This document shows, piece after piece, positions 32,837 through 39,981 of a DNA stretch of 64,000 nucleotides. The notes below the pieces were generated by a model. It searched no databases. It worked only from the letters and a program-made list of their open reading frames with translations, and was not told where the DNA came from. Source of the DNA: Anseongella ginsenosidimutans. Its GTDB lineage: Bacteria; Bacteroidota; Bacteroidia; Sphingobacteriales; Sphingobacteriaceae. The position numbers were made by a program, and so were the translations under genes. Position 1 is the stretch's first letter. Each line of letters begins with the position of its first letter. The DNA lies in contig JAJUHF010000004.1 in the NCBI GenBank assembly GCA_029268045.1, positions 7,863 to 71,862 of the forward strand, read 5' to 3'.

Positions 32837-35659
32837 CTAGAAACTGAGCGAATAACCCAGCGAAAACCGCCGGCCAGGGCTCCGGAACTGGAAGGGCCGC
32901 ATGGCGGCGCCATACGATTCATACAGCTGCTCCCGATCCTGATTCAGCAGGTTCTCCACGTTCAGACTGATGACACTTCGCTGGCTGGCTCCCAGTTTCT
33001 TCGACATTTTGAAGTTCAGGCTGTGAAAGGGCTGAACATAGACATCCGGATTCTGCGCCAACCCAACCACCTCCAGGGTCTTCCCCTGTACGTTATAGAA
33101 CATGCCGGCCTCCAGTCCAAGGTCCGTATTATGATGCGATAGGCCCGCATTGATTAGGTAGGGAGATTGGCCCTGCAGCGGACGGGTATCCTCGATTACT
33201 TCCTGATCCCTGGCAAACCGCAGGCGGGAATCGTACTCCATGCCGGGCCCTTTACCCATTGCGATCCGCGATTCGATCAATGACATGTTGGCATGGATAC
33301 TGAGCTTCTCCAGCGCACTGGAAATGAAATTGAAATTCTTTCTGACTTCCAGTTCAACGCCGAACACATCGGCATCGGGCGCATTCCGGGGCGTAATATT
33401 CGAGGGCGCGATGCTGGAATAGGCCACCAGTTCAATGGGGTTCCTGAACCGTTTATAAAACCCACTCAAGGCAAACAGCTGCGCCTTATCGGCGAAAAAC
33501 TCATAACGCAAATCCAAATTGCTGATGTAGGAAGGGCGCAGATCGACATTCCCCAGGAAGGTCAGGCCGGTCAGCATGTCCGCGATCTGCACAGGGGAAA
33601 CTTCCCGGAAGCTGGGGCGGGCTGTGGTCCGGGAATAGGCCAGTCGTACATTGCTTCGTCCGGTGAGCTCGTAGATCAAATTCAGCGAAGGAAATAGATC
33701 TAGCTCCTGAATCGTTTTTTCATTGCGGAAAACCATGGACCCCGTGCTGTTCTGGCCGGTCAGGTAAGAAGTGAACTGTTCAATCCGCAGACCCACAATC
33801 GTCCGGAACCGTCTGCCGACCCGGGCTTCATTCGACAGATACACGGCCTGGGTGAGCTGCCTGGCGTCAAATGTATTGGCCGGCTGAAAGTCGCCCCGGA
33901 TATAATACCCTGCGTTTGATGCTGGAGTCCAGATATTCTCCTCCGCCAGGATTGCGTCCGGGTTTCCTTGCAGATCGCCTGTCTGCACATCCCGGTAGGC
34001 AATCGAGTAATTCTGTATGGAATAATCCCGCTGTTTGTAACTTGACAACAGCCCGAAGGCGACGGTCGCATCCCGCTGGAACAGCTTGTATTTTTTGGTA
34101 AAGTCCAGCTTGCCAACCAGCGCCGTTTCATCCAGGCTGCGCCATACCCGATTGGGCAATCCGGCATCGGAGCTGATCGTCAACCGGTTATCCCCCAGCA
34201 GGAAGGTCGTTAGCCGGACATCCTTGTCATGTACCCGGGCAAGGGTTGGGGATAGTTTCCAGGCGGCAGTAAAGGAACCGTCCCCCTTGCTGTGCTTTCC
34301 GCCCAGCTGAAGATTGGAAACGGACCGTTGAGTGTACTCCAGGCTATTATTTACCGTGGTCACGGCATTGGATATGCGGGTTTGCTGATCGAACAGCGCC
34401 GCACGGCTTTCCCCATGCTGGATATGAAGCAGATTCAGGACGTATTTTGAGCGGGCTGTTTTATACGACAATCCTCCCAGGGCAGATACGAGCGCATCGC
34501 GGGTTCCCAGATCGCCGGTGCGTGTCCGGTCCGGCAACAGTTCATACTCCGAGTTGCTTTCGGGTTTCTGGTACACCCCGTTTTGGAAATCCGGATAGAA
34601 AACCGTCGTGTTTCTATAATCCAGGGAAGCAATCAGGCCCAAGGTGTTGTCGCCTACCTGGAACCGGTTCCCATAACTGAGGCCGGCCCCGAAATCCGGT
34701 GAACTGGTTTGCCTTTCGGCGCCCATGACCGGATTGAATGCGCGGGTAATATCCTCCAGGCGTTTGTTATCCGCGCTTGCGGGGTTCGGAATCTTTGTTC
34801 CGGGTGAAACCGGCAGGTCCCGTGATCCATCGTCAAATCCCAGGAAATCGGTTTTAGAGCCCTTGTATCCCGGAAAACGCCCTTTAAAATGCATTTCCGG
34901 GTTGTAGCTGCCGGAAAGGGACACCGCAAACTGCTTCTGATCGGGAAAGTCCTTGGTTACGATATCGACAACCCCACCGGTAAAGTCAGCGGGATATTCC
35001 GCAGATGCCGATTTTACCACCACCAGGTTTTCCAGGATACTCGTGGGAAAGATGTCCATCTGGATGGTGTTCTTGTCTGGATCCAGCCCCGGTATATCCA
35101 TGCTATTGAGGATCGCTTTGGTGTACCGGTCGCCCAAACCGCGGACGTAAACAAACTTGCCGTCCTGCACCGACACGCCCGGGACCACGCGAACCGCCGA
35201 GGCGATGTCGCCTGCACCGCTCCGCTTGATTCCCTGGGCCGATAACCCGTCAATTAGCGTGGCTGAATTGCGCTGCATATTCAGCAGCGAGCTCTCCGTA
35301 TTGTACCTCACCGATGCGGTCACCACCACCTCGGCAAGGACGTCCTGGCTGATATCCATGCTTACATCCACACGGACTGCTTCCCCGGGGCGCACCACCA
35401 CCCCTTCCACTTCCTTGGTCTGAAAACCCATGTAGGAATAGACCAAGGTATATTCACCGGGATTCAGCTCCAGCACATAATCCCCCTCGAAGTCGGTATT
35501 GGTTCCCCGGTCGGAGTCTTTCACCGTGACGCTGACGCCGATAAGCGTTTCGGTGGTGCCGGCTTCGGAGACGGTCCCCAGCACACGGCCCTGCTGAGCA
35601 AGCAGGCTGAACGCCATACACATGTTCGCGATAAGGAGGAAGCCGATTTTTTTCACCAT
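32837..35659 (-). CDS. TonB-dependent receptor with CarboxypepD_reg-like N-domain
   Basis: 940 aa. Signal peptide, carboxypeptidase-regulatory-like domain, plug (…VYVRGLGDRYTKAILN...) and a barrel ending ...LGYSLSF. Confidence 0.9.
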   Translation of the reverse strand: MVKKIGFLLIANMCMAFSLLAQQGRVLGTVSEAGTTETLIGVSVTVKDSDRGTNTDFEGDYVLELNPGEYTLVYSYMGFQTKEVEGVVVRPGEAVRVDVSMDISQDVLAEVVVTASVRYNTESSLLNMQRNSATLIDGLSAQGIKRSGAGDIASAVRVVPGVSVQDGKFVYVRGLGDRYTKAILNSMDIPGLDPDKNTIQMDIFPTSILENLVVVKSASAEYPADFTGGVVDIVTKDFPDQKQFAVSLSGSYNPEMHFKGRFPGYKGSKTDFLGFDDGSRDLPVSPGTKIPNPASADNKRLEDITRAFNPVMGAERQTSSPDFGAGLSYGNRFQVGDNTLGLIASLDYRNTTVFYPDFQNGVYQKPESNSEYELLPDRTRTGDLGTRDALVSALGGLSYKTARSKYVLNLLHIQHGESRAALFDQQTRISNAVTTVNNSLEYTQRSVSNLQLGGKHSKGDGSFTAAWKLSPTLARVHDKDVRLTTFLLGDNRLTISSDAGLPNRVWRSLDETALVGKLDFTKKYKLFQRDATVAFGLLSSYKQRDYSIQNYSIAYRDVQTGDLQGNPDAILAEENIWTPASNAGYYIRGDFQPANTFDARQLTQAVYLSNEARVGRRFRTIVGLRIEQFTSYLTGQNSTGSMVFRNEKTIQELDLFPSLNLIYELTGRSNVRLAYSRTTARPSFREVSPVQIADMLTGLTFLGNVDLRPSYISNLDLRYEFFADKAQLFALSGFYKRFRNPIELVAYSSIAPSNITPRNAPDADVFGVELEVRKNFNFISSALEKLSIHANMSLIESRIAMGKGPGMEYDSRLRFARDQEVIEDTRPLQGQSPYLINAGLSHHNTDLGLEAGMFYNVQGKTLEVVGLAQNPDVYVQPFHSLNFKMSKKLGASQRSVISLNVENLLNQDREQLYESYGAAMRPFQFRSPGRRFSLGYSLSF

Positions 35660-35680
35660 CTGATCTGGCTGTTTTTACCA

Positions 35681-35707
35681 AAAATGTCCATCCTAAAATG
35701 TCCATCC
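35681..35707. repeat. perfect tandem direct repeat, 2 x AAAATGTCCATCC with a 1-nt spacer
   Basis: 35681-35693 and 35695-35707 are identical. The repeat lies in the 64-nt gap between the lipoprotein stop and the TonB-dependent receptor start. Confidence 0.95.
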
Positions 35708-35723
35708 CCGGCGCAATTCAACA

Positions 35724-36956
35724 TTAGAATGCTTGCTGCTGGGCAGCGTAGGTCCAGTTAAAGATAGATTGGTCCGCACCCACCGTGGCGTCCTCAGCCG
35801 AGGCAAGGGGGGTAAGGTGATCGGTGAACCGGTTTGAATGCGCGCCGGCGCCCTTGATCAAACCGTCCACGGTCGCTCCTTCGGCAAGTACGATCTCCCA
35901 GTTGGAAAAAACGATATTGCCTTTCTCAAGCTCGGCAAAGGTGTCCCCTTCCTTGATATTCACGTGGGCATCGGCTCCGGTGCCAAGTACCAGGATGTTT
36001 TTCAGGTTGGCGAGCACCCCATCGCGCAGGTCGGCGATGATTCCGTTCCCGCTGTTCCCCAGAATGGTGACTCCGTCGATTGTAAAAGGTGCTGTCGCGT
36101 CGGTCGTTTCGCCTTCGGGCCCGTCAAGCTCCAGGGCGGAACCGGGCTCGGAGCCCTGGATAACCAGTGCATTTGAAATGGTCCCGGAGTAGGCCTGATC
36201 CACATCCAGCGCATCATCACCCTGAGCCCACACCAACAGGTTGGAAGCATTCACTGTGCCCCCAAACCATTCGATTCCATCGTCCAGGTTTGCCACGACC
36301 TCGATGTTGCGGATCGTTGTGCCGGTCCCCACCCCGCCCAGGGTCAGGCCGTTGATCTCATTATCGCTTCCGATGGAAACGCCGCCGTGCCGGATCGACA
36401 CGTATTGCAGGGAACCGGAATTATCATCGGGGATGGTTCCGCCGTACTGGCCGTACGGTTCGTTCGCCGGAATTCCTTCGATCTGGCCGGTTTCCTGATC
36501 GCCGCTTACCGAGATGGGTGCCCGGCCCAGCATGATGATGCCGCCCCACAGCCCCACATCGGCCGTTGTAAGATTGGTGCCACTCTTCTGTCCCGGCTGG
36601 ATATTGTCCAGTACCGAGGTGAATACGATGGGCCGCTCGGCCGTACCGTTGGCGATCAGTTTGCCACCCTGGTCCACAATGAGCGCCGAAGCCGAGGTAG
36701 TCTGCCCTTCCTCGCCCTTGATGATCGTACCGGCTTCGATCGTCAGGGTTACATTTTCTCCGACAACCACGCGCCCGTCCAGGATATACACGTTATCGGC
36801 TGTCCAGGTTTCGTCTTCAGTAAGGATTCCGCTTTTAACAAATTCCGCTCCGCCGATGGGTTCAGGCAGGGGATCGTCGTCGTCCTTGCAGGCAGGTAGT
36901 ACGAATGCGATTGCTCCAAGCATCAGCATCAACAGGTAATTTTTTAACATAGCCAT
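35724..36956 (-). CDS. hypothetical surface lipoprotein, possibly beta-helical
   Basis: 410 aa. Signal plus lipobox (AFVLPAC). G/N/D/T-rich repeated short strands (…GLTLGGVGTGTTIRNIEVVANLDDGIEWFGGTVNASNLLVWAQGDDALDVD...). No family name recognised. Confidence 0.6.
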   Translation of the reverse strand: MAMLKNYLLMLMLGAIAFVLPACKDDDDPLPEPIGGAEFVKSGILTEDETWTADNVYILDGRVVVGENVTLTIEAGTIIKGEEGQTTSASALIVDQGGKLIANGTAERPIVFTSVLDNIQPGQKSGTNLTTADVGLWGGIIMLGRAPISVSGDQETGQIEGIPANEPYGQYGGTIPDDNSGSLQYVSIRHGGVSIGSDNEINGLTLGGVGTGTTIRNIEVVANLDDGIEWFGGTVNASNLLVWAQGDDALDVDQAYSGTISNALVIQGSEPGSALELDGPEGETTDATAPFTIDGVTILGNSGNGIIADLRDGVLANLKNILVLGTGADAHVNIKEGDTFAELEKGNIVFSNWEIVLAEGATVDGLIKGAGAHSNRFTDHLTPLASAEDATVGADQSIFNWTYAAQQQAF

Positions 36957-37055
36957 CTTAACAATTTTTTTGCTTTTGCTGCAAAGATGACTATCTGATG
37001 TTAGGTCAAACCTGCCGTTGTATTAAGAAATCATTAATTGTTATCCCGGTGTAAA

Positions 37056-37511
37056 TTACTCGTAGGAAACCCCGAGTTTTTTGAATATAAAATGGAGAAG
37101 CCAAAGCGGCCCGATAAGCAGAAACCGCAGGTCTTCGAGGAAGGACGGCCGTTTTCCTTCAATTTTATGGCCAATGAACTGGGCGATCCAGGCAAGCACG
37201 AAAATGACGGCGAACACCAGCACCGGCTGCGCAGCGGTAAGCTCAATCCGGACAATAAAATAGGACATCACCCCCACTACCAGAACCATGGCCATGGCCA
37301 TTGGTTTGGAAAGCGTCCAGTAATAGTAAATGGTAAAGGCGATCAGGAAACTGGCCCAGTTCAGAAAGGTCGTGAGTGGAGGAAAAGGAATCATCCACAC
37401 CAAACCGAGCAAGCTGAACATGATCAAAGGAACAGCCACCCAATGAATCGCCTTGTTAATCGGGTGCTGATGGTGCTCCCCGTAGCGTTCCAGATAGGCA
37501 TCAAGTTTCAT
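37056..37511 (-). CDS. DUF962 / Mpo1-like membrane protein
   Basis: 151 aa from ATG 37511 (MKLDAYLERYGEHHQHPINKAIHWVAVP...FIGHKIEGKRPSFLEDL). ORF-track start 37592 trimmed. Confidence 0.75.
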   Translation of the reverse strand: MKLDAYLERYGEHHQHPINKAIHWVAVPLIMFSLLGLVWMIPFPPLTTFLNWASFLIAFTIYYYWTLSKPMAMAMVLVVGVMSYFIVRIELTAAQPVLVFAVIFVLAWIAQFIGHKIEGKRPSFLEDLRFLLIGPLWLLHFIFKKLGVSYE

Positions 37512-37581
37512 ATCGAAAAATATAAACTGCAAAGGCGCAGGTGCCGGATTCCACCGGCTGAGCCCTGCCCCAAATTTATCG

Positions 37582-39138
37582 CTATTTTGCAAATGACACC
37601 GCCCGGGTTTCCCGGATCACAGTGACCTTGACCTGGCCCGGATAAATCATTTCGGTTTGAATCCGATTGGATATATCAAAAGCCAGCATTTCGGCCTGCT
37701 GGTCGGAAATGCGTTCGCTTTCCACGACCACCCGCAGTTCCCGGCCGGCCTGGATGGCGAAGCTTTTCTCAACGCCCGCATAAGACAGGGCGAGGTCTTC
37801 CATTTCCTTCAGGCGTTTGATATAACTTTCCACTACTTCCCGACGGGCCCCGGGTCGCGCGCCGGAGATCGCATCGCACACCTGCACAATGGGTGAGATC
37901 ATATTGGTCATCTCCACTTCGTCGTGGTGCGCCCCGATCGCATTGCATACCTCGGGATGTTCCTTGTATTTTTCGGCCAGCTGCATGCCCAGGATCGCGT
38001 GCGGCAAATCGGGATTGTCCTCGGGCACTTTTCCGATATCGTGCAGCAAACCCGCCCGTTTTGCCCGTTTTACGTTTAATCCCAGTTCCGCGGCCATGCT
38101 GGCGCAGAGATTGGCCACCTCCCGGGAGTGTTGAAGCAGATTCTGCCCGTAGGAAGACCGATAACGCATCCGGCCCACCATGCGGATCAGTTCGGGATGC
38201 AGCCCGTGGATGCCCAGCTCAATCACCGTACGCTCCCCAATCTCGACAATTTCTTCTTCCAGTTGCTTTTTGGTTTTCGCCACAACTTCCTCGATGCGGG
38301 CGGGATGGATCCGGCCGTCGGTGATCAGGCGGTGAAGTGAAAGCCGGGCGATCTCACGGCGAACGGGATCGAATCCCGAAAGAATGATGGCTTCGGGGGT
38401 ATCGTCCACGATGATTTCCACGCCGGTAGCCGCCTCAAGCGCACGGATGTTGCGCCCCTCGCGTCCGATGACCCGACCTTTTATTTCATCATTTTCGATA
38501 TTGAATACCGAAACCGTGTTTTCAATGGCCGACTCAGTCGCAGTACGCTGAATGGTTTGGATTACGATCTTCTTGGCTTCTTTCGAAGCGGTCAGGCGGG
38601 CTTCTTCGACGATATCCTTGATCGAGGCCATCGCCTTGGTTTTCGCCTCGTCCTTCAGCGCCTCTACCAACTGGCTTCTGGCCTCCTCGACGGATAGGCC
38701 CGATATCTTTTCCAGCTGCATGATGTGCTGATTCTTCACCTCCTCGATCTCCGCTTTCTTCTTCTCGAGTATCTCGGTCTGACGGGCCAGGTTTTGCTTC
38801 ATGTTTTCAAGCTCCTGTTCCTTCCGACTGTTATTCTCCAGTTTTTGATTCAGCGATTGTTCTTTTTGTTTAAGCGTGTTTTCACGTTGGGCAATGGCCT
38901 GATTCCTTGAAGCCAATTCCTTTTCGTGCTCGCCTTTTAGCTGCAGAAACTTCTCCTTCGCTTCCAGCAGTTTGTTTTTCTTGAGGATCTCGGCCTGTGC
39001 GTCGGCTTCCTTTAAAGTCTGTTTGGCCTTGTTCTTGGCCTGCATTTCCTGCTTCCGGAATATCCGCCGAAGCAACAGGCGGTCAAGAAGAACGCCGCCG
39101 ATGAATCCTGAAAGAATATATAAAAGTATCTGGTCCAT
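37582..39138 (-). CDS. rny: ribonuclease Y
   Basis: 518 aa from ATG 39138 ([15 protein letters not shown]... TM helix). Coiled coil, KH ([11 protein letters not shown]) and HD (LLHDIGK) domains. ORF-track start 39234 trimmed. Confidence 0.93.
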   Translation of the reverse strand: MDQILLYILSGFIGGVLLDRLLLRRIFRKQEMQAKNKAKQTLKEADAQAEILKKNKLLEAKEKFLQLKGEHEKELASRNQAIAQRENTLKQKEQSLNQKLENNSRKEQELENMKQNLARQTEILEKKKAEIEEVKNQHIMQLEKISGLSVEEARSQLVEALKDEAKTKAMASIKDIVEEARLTASKEAKKIVIQTIQRTATESAIENTVSVFNIENDEIKGRVIGREGRNIRALEAATGVEIIVDDTPEAIILSGFDPVRREIARLSLHRLITDGRIHPARIEEVVAKTKKQLEEEIVEIGERTVIELGIHGLHPELIRMVGRMRYRSSYGQNLLQHSREVANLCASMAAELGLNVKRAKRAGLLHDIGKVPEDNPDLPHAILGMQLAEKYKEHPEVCNAIGAHHDEVEMTNMISPIVQVCDAISGARPGARREVVESYIKRLKEMEDLALSYAGVEKSFAIQAGRELRVVVESERISDQQAEMLAFDISNRIQTEMIYPGQVKVTVIRETRAVSFAK

Positions 39139-39150
39139 AAAAATGTGAAT

Positions 39151-39328
39151 AAAAAAAACCGCAATTAAATTCCCATAGCACCATGTATTGGAAAACCTCT
39201 TACAAAAGATTAAGGTCTGCGGCTGTTTCTGCAATCCCCGTTAAGGGGTTCCCATACGCAGCCTGCCATGGCCTTTTGTATATTTAAGCCTAGGTTTTTA
39301 ATAGTGATACTACAGAATTTAACTGCGG
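39151..39328 (-). ncRNA. candidate structured RNA (6S-like rod, or rny leader/attenuator) ending in U8
   Basis: A 24-bp closing helix (39328-39305 with 39159-39183) is followed by T8 at 39158-39151. There are three further inner helices and an apical CCCC/GGGG hairpin. It lies in a 216-nt gap with no credible ORF. Confidence 0.4.
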
Positions 39329-39354
39329 TTAAATTCTTTCCTCATTAGCCGTTG

Positions 39355-39657
39355 TTAAAGAACATTTTTGTCTGAGAGATATGCATCCAGGCGGTCATGA
39401 AGAAGATTTAGCTGTTCTGACAAGCCATTGTCTTCTATGATCTTTTTATCATCATATTTTAGTGCAGTAGTTGCATAATGCAGCAGGCTCATTGACAACA
39501 GGTCCTGCTTGTCACGTACATCATACATTTGCTGCAATGATCGCATATGTTCATTAATGTTTTTAGCCGCTTTCCGAATATGCTCCTCCTCCTGCATTTC
39601 CACTTTCAAGGGATACACACGGTCCGCTATATTTATTTTGATGGAAATCTCTCCCAT
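39355..39657 (-). CDS. zapA: cell division protein ZapA
   Basis: 100 aa (MGEISIKINIADRVYPLKVEMQEEEHIRKAAKNINEHM...). Confidence 0.85.
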   Translation of the reverse strand: MGEISIKINIADRVYPLKVEMQEEEHIRKAAKNINEHMRSLQQMYDVRDKQDLLSMSLLHYATTALKYDDKKIIEDNGLSEQLNLLHDRLDAYLSDKNVL

Positions 39658-39683
39658 TAAAGCTAATTTATCACTAAAAAACC

Positions 39684-39974
39684 TTATTTATTTAATAGGT
39701 TAATACACTTGTCTATTTCCCGCACAAATTCGTTAATTTTTTGCTTAATATCAATAGTCTTCTCAGAACTAACTGATACTGAGCGAGCTAACTTTAACAC
39801 ACGAATCTTCTCCTCTTGCTCCTTCAACTCGCTTTGCTGCCTTTCCAGGGTTAGCTGCATGGCTTCATTCTGCTCCTTCAAACGATTGCTTTCTGCTTCT
39901 AATGCATCACAGTAAGCCATCAGCTTTCCTATTTTTTCTTCGAGCGATGCAAGTTTTGGAACAATTTCAGCCAT
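39684..39974 (-). CDS. small coiled-coil protein, unknown function
   Basis: 96 aa from ATG 39974. Heptad-like E/K/Q/L-rich sequence. ORF-track GTG 40001 would overlap pheT, so it was trimmed. Confidence 0.6.
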   Translation of the reverse strand: MAEIVPKLASLEEKIGKLMAYCDALEAESNRLKEQNEAMQLTLERQQSELKEQEEKIRVLKLARSVSVSSEKTIDIKQKINEFVREIDKCINLLNK

Positions 39975-39981
39975 AAGGAGT

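Noticed and set aside
35454-35705. 83-aa ORF starting inside the tandem repeat upstream of the TonB-dependent receptor and overlapping its 5' end
   Set aside because: It is out of frame with the receptor and overlaps the receptor's signal peptide and N-domain coding region. The product is low-complexity and Arg-rich, so it is probably spurious.
37038-37625. 195-aa plus-strand ORF overlapping the DUF962 gene
   Set aside because: The minus-strand frame gives a coherent multi-pass membrane protein with conserved DUF962-type motifs. The plus-strand product is basic, low-complexity sequence.
39139-39234. N-terminal extension of rny in the ORF track (start 39234)
   Set aside because: The conserved RNase Y N-terminal TM helix starts at Met-33 (ATG 39138). 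The extension has no homology-like features and lies within a region that folds into a long RNA helix ending in U8.
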